In this document: piece by piece, positions 38,343-46,716 of the stretch
Layout: every line of letters begins with the position of its first letter
Position numbering within the stretch: the first letter of the stretch is position 1
Assembly (NCBI GenBank): GCA_963805975.1
Contig: CAWDVR010000004.1
Coordinates: forward strand, 192,001-256,000
Reading direction: 5' to 3'
DNA: 64,000 nt
Source: an uncultured Acidobacteriota bacterium
GTDB lineage: Bacteria > Acidobacteriota > Thermoanaerobaculia > Multivoradales > SZUA-115
The notes under the pieces: generated by a model
Told to the model about the DNA's origin: nothing
Databases searched by the model: none
The model's input: only the letters and a program-made list of their open reading frames with translations
Translations under genes and position numbers: made by a program

Positions 38343-38737
38343 AGATCCTGCTCGACACCCACTGCTGGCTGTGGATGACGAGCGCTCCGGAGAAGCTCGC
38401 CCCCGCGGCCAGGGCGCTGGTGGAGGACCCCGAGAACGAGCTCTTCCTGTCCGCGGCGAGTAGCTGGGAGATCGCGATCAAGTACGCGTTGGGAAAGCTC
38501 CCGCTACCGGTTCCCCCGGCGAGCTATGTGCCGACCCGGATGGCCGCGACCGGCGTCTCGGGTCTGGCCGTCGAGCATCACCACGCGCTCGAGGTCTCCG
38601 GCCTGCCGATGCACCACGCGGACCCCTTCGATCGCCTGCTGGTGGCGCAGGCGCGGGTCGAGGGCCTGTCCCTCTTGACGGCCGACCCACAGCTCGCCGC
38701 CTACGAGGTGGAGCTGGTCCCGGCCCGCGACGGCTGA
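38339..38737 (+). CDS. vapC: VapC PIN toxin
   Basis: 'LLDTH', 'SAAS.WEIAIK', 'HADPFDRLLVAQA', 'LTAD'. Confidence 0.95.
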   Translation: MKILLDTHCWLWMTSAPEKLAPAARALVEDPENELFLSAASSWEIAIKYALGKLPLPVPPASYVPTRMAATGVSGLAVEHHHALEVSGLPMHHADPFDRLLVAQARVEGLSLLTADPQLAAYEVELVPARDG

Positions 38738-38744
38738 TCGCCGC

Positions 38745-40178
38745 TCAGCTCCTCCGCAACCGCGCCGCCGTCTCGCGGATCAGGTCCCAGGCGGCTGCCA
38801 CGTGGCGCTCGGCGGTCTTGATGTTGCCCACCACCACCCGCAGCACGTAGCGGCCGCCGAGCTTCGAATGCGAGAGGAAGATCGGGCCGGCGGCGTTCAC
38901 ACTTTCGAGCACGCGCTCGTTGAAGGCGTCGTCGGCCTCGGGCCCGTCGCCGGTCACCGCCCGGAAGGCGACGATGCCGAGCGGCACCGGCGCCGCGAGC
39001 TCGAAGCCCGGCTCGGTTTCCACCCAGCCGGCCAGGAGCTGCGCCAGGCGCAGGTGCTCGCGGATGCGCTCCTGCAGGCCCTCGACGCCGAAGGCGCGGA
39101 TCACCATCCACAGCTTGAGCGACCGAAAGCGCTTGCCGAGCTGGAGGCCGTAGTCCATCAGGTTGGTGACCCCCTCCTCACCGGTGCGCAGGTACTCGGG
39201 CACCACCGAGAAGGCGCTCTTCAGCTCCTCCGGATCGCGCAGGTAGAGGAGTGAGCAGTGGACGGGCACGAAGAGCCATTTGTGGGGGTTGACGACGATC
39301 GAGTCGGCCTCCTCGAGGCCGGCGAGCCGGTGGCGCACCTCGGGCAGGATGGCGGCGCCGCCGCCGTAGGCCGCGTCCACGTGGTACCAGAGGCCGTGGC
39401 GCCGGGCCACGGCCGCGAGCGCCGCCAGGTCGTCGAGGCTGCCGGTCGAGGTCGAGCCGGCGGTCGCCACCAGCGCGATGGGCCGCGCGCCGGCGGCGAG
39501 GTCTTGCTCGACGGCGCGGGTCACGGCCTCGGGATCGAGCCGGAAGTCGGGTCCGGCGGGGAGGCGGCGGAGCTGGTCGAGGCCCAGGCCCAGGGCGATC
39601 ATCGCCTTGTCGATCGAGGAGTGGGTCTGGTCCGAGGTGTAGACCGTGAGGCGCGGCAGCTCCGCGCGCCCGGCGAGGCCCTTCAGCCGGAGATCGGGGA
39701 GCGCCCGCTCGCGCGCCACGGCCAGGGCCAGGAAGATGCCGATCGAGGCCGTGTCCTGGACGAAGCCGCGAAAGACCGGCGGCAGGTCGAGCATCTGGCG
39801 CACCCAGTCGCAGACCCGCTCCTCGAGCTCGGTGGCGGCCGGCGAGGTGCGCCAGAGCATGGCGTTGACGTTCAGGCCCGCGGCGAGAGCCTCGCCCAGG
39901 ATGCCCGGGCCCGAGCCGCTGATCGCGATGTAGGCCATGAAGCCCGGGTGATTCCAGTGCGTGACGTTGGGCTCGATGATGCGCTTGTAGTCGGCGAGCA
40001 CGTCGGCGAGCGGCTCGGGGGCCGGCGGTGGCCCCTCCGGCAGCGCCGCGGCGACCTCGCCGGGCACGACCCGCGGCAGGACCGGGTATCCCTCGACCTG
40101 TTCCAGGTAGTCGGCCACCAGGTCTGCGACCTGGTGCATGGCTGCGCGGAACTCCTTCGGAGGCAGGTCGCCGGTCAT
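38745..40178 (-). CDS. PLP-dependent aromatic-L-amino-acid (group II) decarboxylase
   Basis: 'THWNHP.FMAY', 'SPAATELE', 'HSSIDKA', 'HVDAAYGG', 'NPHKWL', 'RFRSLKLW'. Confidence 0.9.
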   Translation of the reverse strand: MTGDLPPKEFRAAMHQVADLVADYLEQVEGYPVLPRVVPGEVAAALPEGPPPAPEPLADVLADYKRIIEPNVTHWNHPGFMAYIAISGSGPGILGEALAAGLNVNAMLWRTSPAATELEERVCDWVRQMLDLPPVFRGFVQDTASIGIFLALAVARERALPDLRLKGLAGRAELPRLTVYTSDQTHSSIDKAMIALGLGLDQLRRLPAGPDFRLDPEAVTRAVEQDLAAGARPIALVATAGSTSTGSLDDLAALAAVARRHGLWYHVDAAYGGGAAILPEVRHRLAGLEEADSIVVNPHKWLFVPVHCSLLYLRDPEELKSAFSVVPEYLRTGEEGVTNLMDYGLQLGKRFRSLKLWMVIRAFGVEGLQERIREHLRLAQLLAGWVETEPGFELAAPVPLGIVAFRAVTGDGPEADDAFNERVLESVNAAGPIFLSHSKLGGRYVLRVVVGNIKTAERHVAAAWDLIRETAARLRRS

Positions 40179-40209
40179 CGCTCGTCTCCCAGTTGCAACA
40201 GAACGGGCC

Positions 40210-40242
40210 AAAAAAGAAAACGCCGCCTCCGGGGAGGCGGCG
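40210..40242 (-). terminator. Rho-independent terminator after the dsbA-like gene
   Basis: CGCCGCCTCC/GGAGGCGGCG stem followed by TTTTCTTTTTT on the minus strand. Confidence 0.9.
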
Positions 40243-40269
40243 CGGGTTCTACCTGGGCTTCGGGGACGA

Positions 40270-41385
40270 TCAGCCGCCCTTGCGGGCCAGCTCGTCGTCG
40301 ATGATCGGGGCGATCTGCTCGAAGGGCACGGCGCCCGAGATGAAGCGGCCGTTGACGAAGAGCGCCGGCGTGCCGGAGACGCCCGCGGCCGAGCCGGCGG
40401 CCATGTCGTCGGCCACCTGCTTGGCGTGCTTGCCGGAGTCCAGGCACTGGTTGAACTGCTCGGCGTTGACGCCCAGGCCCGCAGCCTTGGTCTTGAGCTG
40501 GTCGACGCCCAGCTCCTGCTGGTTGGCGAACATCGCGTCGTGGAGCTCCCAGAACTTGCCCTGATCATGAGCGCAGAGCGAGGCCTCGGCGGCCTTCTGC
40601 GCCTTGGCGTGCATGGGGAGCGGGTACTGGCGGAAGGCGATCCGCACCTTGTCGCCATACTTCTCGCGCACCTGCGCGAGCGTCGGGTTGACGCGGCTGC
40701 AGAACGGGCACTCGAAGTCGGAGAACTCGACGATGGTCACCGGCGCGTTGGCCGGGCCCTTGCTCGGCGCGTTGCCCACCTCGACGCTGGCGCGCTGCAC
40801 CTCGAGGAGGATCTTGACCTTGTGGCTCTGGCGCAGGGAGGAGAGGAACTCGCCGCGGGTCTGGTCGGTCCGCTGCTGCTGGAGGTAGGTCTTGATCTGC
40901 TCGGAGAGCTGCTCCAGGGTGCGGCCACCCACCCGGGCCTTGTTCTCTTCGTAGAACTTGCTGACGTCGTCCGGGGTCACCGGCTGGATCTTGCTCTCGA
41001 CCTCGGCCTTGACCAGGTCTTCCTTCGAGAGGCCCCGCTTGGCGGCCTCGGCCTCGATCAGCTTGTCGTCGATCAGGTCGTTGAGCGCCCCTTCGAGGAT
41101 CTTGTGGCGGGAGTCCTCGAGCTGCTTGAGCATCGCCTGCTTCTGCTGCTCGAGCTGCTTGAACTGCGGCTCGGCCGCCTTCTCGAGCTCGGCCAGAGCG
41201 ACCGGCTTGCCGTCGATCTCCGCCACCGGGCCGGTGGACTTCGGGGCTTCTGCCGCCTTCGCGGCGTCGGCGCTGCCACCCTGAGCCGAGCAGGCCGGCA
41301 AGATGCCGCCCAGACCGACCAGGGCCAGAATGGCACTCAAGGCCAGGCTGCGCGACAGGACATTGCGGTTTGCGTTGGGATTCAT
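40270..41385 (-). CDS. DsbA-family thioredoxin lipoprotein with SurA-like N-domain
   Basis: 'VEFSDFECPFC', 'AAEASLCA..QGKFW', 'GVSGTP'; lipobox LPAC. Confidence 0.9.
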   Translation of the reverse strand: MNPNANRNVLSRSLALSAILALVGLGGILPACSAQGGSADAAKAAEAPKSTGPVAEIDGKPVALAELEKAAEPQFKQLEQQKQAMLKQLEDSRHKILEGALNDLIDDKLIEAEAAKRGLSKEDLVKAEVESKIQPVTPDDVSKFYEENKARVGGRTLEQLSEQIKTYLQQQRTDQTRGEFLSSLRQSHKVKILLEVQRASVEVGNAPSKGPANAPVTIVEFSDFECPFCSRVNPTLAQVREKYGDKVRIAFRQYPLPMHAKAQKAAEASLCAHDQGKFWELHDAMFANQQELGVDQLKTKAAGLGVNAEQFNQCLDSGKHAKQVADDMAAGSAAGVSGTPALFVNGRFISGAVPFEQIAPIIDDELARKGG

Positions 41386-41460
41386 GGGTCCTCGACTCCT
41401 TCAGAACTAGGGTTTTATGCACACGCCGAATGGGTGATCCTAGGCGTCGTGCCGCCGGTG

Positions 41461-41476
41461 AGCAAGCCGCGTGCCC
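41461..41476 (-). promoter_or_regulatory. Sigma54 promoter upstream of the dsbA-like gene
   Basis: Minus strand GGGCAC-GCGGC-TTGCT. Confidence 0.65.
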
Positions 41477-41486
41477 GCCCAGGGCT

Positions 41487-42344
41487 TCAGATCGCTTCGA
41501 TCTCGGGTCCCGCCAGGTGCCGCGCTACCAGGCCCTCGAGGATGCGCTCCGGGCTGATCGACCGCATTCGGAGCGACGGCGCCCGGAGCAGCGCATCGGC
41601 CAGCGCCAGCACGCGCCGCCGTTGCGGCGCCGGGATCTTCTCCGCTCGCACCGCGGTGAGGATCGCCGCCGCCGCCGCCGACCACGGCCGGCCGCTGCGC
41701 GGCTCTTCCCAACCGCCAACGCCTTCCTTCAAGGTGTCCGCCGCAGCCAAAAGGTAGACCGCGGCGTTGGATTCGGCGAAGCGACCCAGGCAGTCGGCGA
41801 AGGCACTGGCTGCGTTTTCCACCGCCTGCGGGTCGAGCGCCTCCGTGGGGCCCAAGTAGAGGGACAGCGACCGGCTGCGCAACGTGGCCAGGAGGTCGAG
41901 CCGCGACGGCGCCAGGAGCAGGAAGTGGCGGGGCGCCGTGTCGTGGGGCTCCTCCAGGTTCTTGAGCAGGCTGTTGGCGGCCTCGGCGGTCAGCGTCTCG
42001 GCGTTCCCGACCACGAAGACCTGGCCCCGCGCCTCGAACGGCGACACCTGCGCCGCGCGCAGGAAGCCGCGCGCCGCTTCGACCGAGGTCGAGGTCCGGA
42101 GGTCGCGCAGCAGGACCTGGAAGTCCGGGTGGAAGCGCTCTCCCTCGTCGCTCTCCGGCCACACGATACGCCGGCAATGCCGGCAGCGGCCGCAAGGGCG
42201 CTCCTCCGGATCCGCCTCGCACAGCAGGGTGCGGGCCAGCTCGAGAGCGGTCGCGCGGCGCTCCTCCTCGGTGCCACCGTGGAGGATCACGCCGGGGTAG
42301 AGCTCGCCGCCGCGCGCCAGGCGCAGCGCGCCTTCCCGGTTCAT
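41487..42344 (-). CDS. holB: DNA polymerase III subunit delta'
   Basis: 'PCGRCRHC', 'HPDF', 'AANSLLKNLEEP', 'TLRSR'; follows tmk. Confidence 0.9.
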   Translation of the reverse strand: MNREGALRLARGGELYPGVILHGGTEEERRATALELARTLLCEADPEERPCGRCRHCRRIVWPESDEGERFHPDFQVLLRDLRTSTSVEAARGFLRAAQVSPFEARGQVFVVGNAETLTAEAANSLLKNLEEPHDTAPRHFLLLAPSRLDLLATLRSRSLSLYLGPTEALDPQAVENAASAFADCLGRFAESNAAVYLLAAADTLKEGVGGWEEPRSGRPWSAAAAAILTAVRAEKIPAPQRRRVLALADALLRAPSLRMRSISPERILEGLVARHLAGPEIEAI

Positions 42345-43009
42345 GCTCCGGCTCCTGAAGGAGAGACCAGGAGCGGTTCGAGTGCCTTCCGCACCTGCTC
42401 CTCCGTCGCCTCCTTCTCGCCCCCCGAATCGATCACCCGGAAGCGCTCCGGCTCGGCCGCGGCGAGCGCCAGGAAGCCCTCGCGTACCCGGCGGTAGAAG
42501 GCCAGGTCCTCGGCGTCGAGGCGGTCGACGCTCCCCGCCTGCTGGCGGCGGGGCGAGTGGCCGCGCCGCCTAGCGCTGTCCGCCGGCAGGTCGAAGAGCA
42601 GTGTCAGGTCCGGCCGCCGGCCGCCGGTCGCTTCGCGGTCCACCGCCTCGATCGAGGCGAGCGGCACGCCGCGGCCGTGGCCCTGGTAGGCCACGGTCGA
42701 GTCCGTGAAGCGGTCGCAGAGCACGAGCTTGCCGGCGGCGAGCGCGGGGTCGATCACCTCCACCAGGTGCTGGCGCCGGCTGGCGAAGACCAGCAGCAGC
42801 TCGACAGTGCCGTCCGCGGCGCGGAAGCGGGCATCCAGGAACAGGCGCCGCAGCTCGTCGCCGAGCACCGTACCGCCCGGCTCGTGCGTGGTCACGGCCT
42901 CGAGCCCGGCCTCGGCGAGCCAGCGTGCCGCGCGCTTCAAATGAGTGGATTTGCCGCTGCCATCCAGCCCCTCGAAGGTGATGAAGCGGGGGCGGGCGGC
43001 CTGGCTCAT
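42341..43009 (-). CDS. tmk: Thymidylate kinase
   Basis: 'FITFEGLDGSGKST', 'EPGGT', 'CDRFTDST.AYQG'. Confidence 0.95.
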   Translation of the reverse strand: MSQAARPRFITFEGLDGSGKSTHLKRAARWLAEAGLEAVTTHEPGGTVLGDELRRLFLDARFRAADGTVELLLVFASRRQHLVEVIDPALAAGKLVLCDRFTDSTVAYQGHGRGVPLASIEAVDREATGGRRPDLTLLFDLPADSARRRGHSPRRQQAGSVDRLDAEDLAFYRRVREGFLALAAAEPERFRVIDSGGEKEATEEQVRKALEPLLVSPSGAGA

Positions 43010-43084
43010 GCGAAGAAGAGCGTAGCACGCGGCTCGAGGCAGCCGAGAGTCGCAAGTAGGCTAGGTGCCTGCTACTCTTCGAGC

Positions 43085-43273
43085 GTGAAGGTGGGCGAGA
43101 TTCTGCGGTTGCTCCAAGGCGATGGCTGGTATCTGGTCGCTACGCGAGGAAGCCATCGGCAGTTCAAGCACGCGAGTAAGCCAGGTCGGGTGACCGTTCC
43201 CGGCAAGCCCAGCGACGACCTGGCACCCGGTACATTGAATAGCATCTACAAGCAAGCTGGTCTCAAGAGGTGA
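43085..43273 (+). CDS. hicA: HicA toxin
   Basis: 'L..DGW....RGSHRQFKH..KPGRVTVP...DL..GTL.SI.KQAGL'. Confidence 0.95.
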   Translation: MKVGEILRLLQGDGWYLVATRGSHRQFKHASKPGRVTVPGKPSDDLAPGTLNSIYKQAGLKR

Positions 43274-43278
43274 TCTCC

Positions 43279-43491
43279 ATGCGCTACGCCATCGTCATCG
43301 AGAAGGCAGAGGGTAACTACTCGGCCTATGCTCCCGATCTTCCCGGTTGCGTCGCCACGGGCTCGACGATCGCAGAGGTCGAAGCCGAGATGCGGGAAGC
43401 CATCGTGTTTCACGTCGAGGGCCTGCGGGAGGACGGCCTGCCCGTGCCCTCTCCCATGAGCCGTGTCGAGTACGTCGAAGTCGCAGCCTAG
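43279..43491 (+). CDS. hicB: Short HicB antitoxin
   Basis: 'YAIVIEK...YSAY.PDLPGC...G.T..E....REAI..H...L.EDG.P.P'. Confidence 0.95.
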   Translation: MRYAIVIEKAEGNYSAYAPDLPGCVATGSTIAEVEAEMREAIVFHVEGLREDGLPVPSPMSRVEYVEVAA

Positions 43492-43567
43492 GCGTGGAAA
43501 TCAATTCGGACGCCGGTACCGGGTGCTCGGCAGTGCCGCGCCGGTCGAACCATACGAGGATGCCCGT

Positions 43568-44188
43568 ATGAGCAGCCATGAGGTCTCGGACGTCGTGATC
43601 GACCTCTCGCACTACAACGAGGTCACGAGCTTTTCGGAGGCCAAGGCCGGGGGGATCGTCGGCGTCATCCACAAGGCGACCCAGGGCACGAGCGGGGTCG
43701 ATCCCACCTACGCGAGCCGCCGCCCGCAGGCGCTGGCGGCCGGCCTCTGGTGGGGTGCGTACCACTTCGGCACCGGCGACGACGTCGTGGCGCAGGCGCA
43801 GCACTTCCTCTCCACGGTGAACCCCGGCCCGCAGGATCTGCTGGCGCTGGATTTCGAGGGCGATGGCAACGACACGATGACGCTCGAGCAAGCCGAGCAG
43901 TTCGTGAGCGCCGTCTACCAGCAGACGGGCCGCTATCCCGGCCTCTACTCAGGCTCGCTCGCCGGCAACGACCTCGCCAACAACCCCAGCACGGTCCTCG
44001 CTAACTGCTGGTTCTGGCGCGCCGAGTACGGCGTGTCGTCCCCCGTCGTGCCGTCCACTTGGCCCACCTGGACGATGTGGCAGTACACGAGCGGCGGCAC
44101 GGCACCGGGGATCGGCGGGGCCTGCGATCGAGATCAGTTCAACGGCAGCCTCGACGCCCTGGCCCTGCTCTGGGGCACTGCCGGCTGA
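43568..44188 (+). CDS. GH25 muramidase (lysozyme)
   Basis: 'IDLSHYN', 'KATQG', 'GAYHF', 'LDFE', 'WQYT', 'DRD.FNG'. Confidence 0.9.
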   Translation: MSSHEVSDVVIDLSHYNEVTSFSEAKAGGIVGVIHKATQGTSGVDPTYASRRPQALAAGLWWGAYHFGTGDDVVAQAQHFLSTVNPGPQDLLALDFEGDGNDTMTLEQAEQFVSAVYQQTGRYPGLYSGSLAGNDLANNPSTVLANCWFWRAEYGVSSPVVPSTWPTWTMWQYTSGGTAPGIGGACDRDQFNGSLDALALLWGTAG

Positions 44189-44194
44189 CGAGCC

Positions 44195-45760
44195 TTACCG
44201 CAACAGCCGCGGCAGTGCTTCTCGCACTTCCTCCGTCGTCATCCCGAGCTTCCCCGCAGCCGCCACCAGTGCCTCGAGGTCCACCGGGTAGAGGCCGGCG
44301 CGAGCCGGGTCGGCGAGGCCGGCAATGTTGCGCGGCTCGATCGCCTGGCTGATCCAGCGCGAGAAAGCCTCGACGTCCGGCTCAGGTGCCTCGAGCTGGC
44401 GGACGGCCTCCGCGAGCACGCCCGAAACCAGCGCATCGCGGCAGCCGAAGAAGCCTTCCCAGGCCCAGTCCCTGGCCTCGGGCGCGAGGCGGCGGGATGC
44501 CTCGGTGAAGCTCACGAAGGCGAAGTAGAGCATCGCGTACGCCTCGAAGAGCTGGAAGTCCGCCATCGTCCGGTAGGCGCCGGAGACCAGGCGGTCCACA
44601 GCGTCCGCCTCTTCGGCGAGGAGAGCTTCGTAGCGCGCCAGCCCCGCGGCCGAGGGCAGGCCGGACGCGAAGAGGCTTCCCACCCGCTCGATGCCCGCCA
44701 AGCTCCAGGCGATGCCGGTCGAGAACAGCGGGTCGGTGAAGGCGAAGGCGCTGGGCAGCAGCAGCCAGCGCTCGCCGGCAGCCCGCGACAGCCGGTGCTG
44801 GAGGCGGGGCACGGCGCGCACGGGGAAGAGCGGCTCGGAAGGCGCGAACTGGCGGCCGATCGACGGGTAGCGCGCGAGGAGCCGCTCCCAGAGCGCCGCG
44901 GGGTCGGCCAGGCCCTGCTCCAGGAGCTGGCGCGCCTCCGGTTTCCGGCGGTCGAGCATGAAACCGGCGCTCACCACGCCGTGGTCGAAGCCCAGCACGT
45001 ACATCCAACCCAGGTCGAGCAAGTGGTGGAGAGCCGCCTTGTCGTCCGGGTAGGGGCCGGGCGGAAGGGCCACGCCTTCGCGCTCCGCCACGGCGGCGAA
45101 GTCCAAGGCGCCGGAGAAGTGGCTGTAGACCAGACCGGCGTCCACCGTGATGCGCTCTGGTGCCGGTGCGATGGGGAGGGCCCGGGCGAGGAAGCCGCCG
45201 GCGCCCGAGGCGTCGATCACGAAGCCGGCCGCGACCTCGAGCCGCCGGCCCTGCCGCTCACCGCCGAGGCTCACCCCCGTCGCGCCGATCTCCACTCGGT
45301 CGAGCGCCGTCTCGTCGAGGTAGACGGCCCCTGCCTCGACCGCCCGGTCGAGGAGGAAGTGGTCCACGTCGGCGCGCAACCAGTGCGTATCGGAGATGCC
45401 GTCGTGCGGGCTCGCCGCCACCAGCAGACGCTCGTTCGCGGCTTCGTGAAACGAGCGGCCGGGCCGATGCCCGAAGAAGCTGAAGCCACGCTTCAAGCCG
45501 CGGCGCACCTGCGGCAGGCGCTCCATCCAGCGCCCGTAGGCCGAGAGGGCGTGAAGGTCTTCCAGGCCGTAGCGCGCGGCGAGCGCGTCGAGCGCGATGG
45601 CGGCGAGCGGCGTCGAGGACTCGCCGATCGCGAAGCGCGGGTGCCTGCCGCGTTCGAGGAGCGCCACGCGATAGCCCTGCGCGAGCAGCACGCGCGCCGC
45701 GATCGAGCCGGCGAAGCCGGAGCCGACGATCGCCACGTCGCAGGCGAGGCTCTCGCTCAT
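44195..45760 (-). CDS. Flavin-dependent halogenase-like protein (PrnC-type)
   Basis: 'GSGFAG', 'HPRFAIGES', 'LKRGFSF', 'RADVD', 'IDASG', 'FTDPLFSTG'; WxWxIP degenerate as 'WMYVLG'. Confidence 0.8.
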   Translation of the reverse strand: MSESLACDVAIVGSGFAGSIAARVLLAQGYRVALLERGRHPRFAIGESSTPLAAIALDALAARYGLEDLHALSAYGRWMERLPQVRRGLKRGFSFFGHRPGRSFHEAANERLLVAASPHDGISDTHWLRADVDHFLLDRAVEAGAVYLDETALDRVEIGATGVSLGGERQGRRLEVAAGFVIDASGAGGFLARALPIAPAPERITVDAGLVYSHFSGALDFAAVAEREGVALPPGPYPDDKAALHHLLDLGWMYVLGFDHGVVSAGFMLDRRKPEARQLLEQGLADPAALWERLLARYPSIGRQFAPSEPLFPVRAVPRLQHRLSRAAGERWLLLPSAFAFTDPLFSTGIAWSLAGIERVGSLFASGLPSAAGLARYEALLAEEADAVDRLVSGAYRTMADFQLFEAYAMLYFAFVSFTEASRRLAPEARDWAWEGFFGCRDALVSGVLAEAVRQLEAPEPDVEAFSRWISQAIEPRNIAGLADPARAGLYPVDLEALVAAAGKLGMTTEEVREALPRLLR

Positions 45761-46716
45761 GGCCTGGAGCCCCCACCGCAGGCGATGCAGGCCACGCGAG
45801 CCTCTGCCGTGCCCGAGAGGTTGAGGCGCGCGAGCCGTGCCCGGCGCGCGCCGGCGCACTCCGGGCAGCACGCGAAGCGCTCGAGGTCCCAGAGGTCCGC
45901 GCTCACCACGCCACCGTGGAGGGCGAGGCAGGCGTCGAGCGCGTCCTCCAGGTCCGCGAGCGACGGCGGCGTGAAGTGACCCTGGCGCTCCAGCTCTTCC
46001 AGCGCCCCGTTGCCGCCTCGTACGGGGATCAGCGAAACGCTCGCCGCGCCCTGCTCGAAGGCGTGCTCGGCCGAGCGCACGGCCCAGGCCACGGACTCGG
46101 CCGCAGGCACGAAGGGCGTGCCCACGAGCACGAAGGCGCGAAGCCCCAGGCCCGCGTTGCGCAGAAGTGCCGCGGCGCGGTCGAAGTCCTCGATCGTCAT
46201 CGCCTTGCCCAGCTGCGGAAGGGCCTGCGGATGGATCGTTTCGAGCCCGATCGCCACTTCGAGCCGGCCGTCGAGCCGCTCCCCGAAGGCGAGCGCCCGC
46301 CGGCCAACGAGCCGCGCGTGGCTCTCGACGACCGTGCGGAGAAACGGCCGGGCGAGCGCCGCCAGCGCGGCGTCGTCTTCCGGCGGCACGGCCCGCGGCT
46401 CAAAGAAGTTGCTCGCGTTGTAGAGCTTGAGGAGAGTGCCGCCGGGGTCCGGGGCCCCGAGCTCCGCGAGCCCGGCCTCGACCTGGGCCGGCAGGGCGCC
46501 CGCCGGCGTGGGGCCGTCCAGAGTGTGCTGCCAGAGGTCGCAGAACACGCAGGTGAACGGGCACTCGGCGCCCGCCAGGAAGAGCGTCGCGGCGGGCACC
46601 ACACCGTGGTCCGCCGTGCGCTCCTCTTCGAGCAGCGCGCCGAGCGGCCGGAAGGGATCGACGAAAGGCTTCGCCGGGCGCAGGGCGCGGACGTCGGGTT
46701 CGGCCGTCGCCGGCAT
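45757..46716 (-). CDS. Radical SAM enzyme, RaSEA-like
   Basis: 'CPFTCVFC'; 'KLYNASNFFE..AVP', 'VES', 'EVAIGLET', 'G.F.PP'; C-terminal 'CPEC...CIAC'. Confidence 0.8.
   Translation of the reverse strand: MPATAEPDVRALRPAKPFVDPFRPLGALLEEERTADHGVVPAATLFLAGAECPFTCVFCDLWQHTLDGPTPAGALPAQVEAGLAELGAPDPGGTLLKLYNASNFFEPRAVPPEDDAALAALARPFLRTVVESHARLVGRRALAFGERLDGRLEVAIGLETIHPQALPQLGKAMTIEDFDRAAALLRNAGLGLRAFVLVGTPFVPAAESVAWAVRSAEHAFEQGAASVSLIPVRGGNGALEELERQGHFTPPSLADLEDALDACLALHGGVVSADLWDLERFACCPECAGARRARLARLNLSGTAEARVACIACGGGSRP

Noticed and set aside
45757-46716. Archaeosine biosynthesis
   Set aside because: No arcTGT, ArcS or que genes in the window; only family resemblance to RaSEA.
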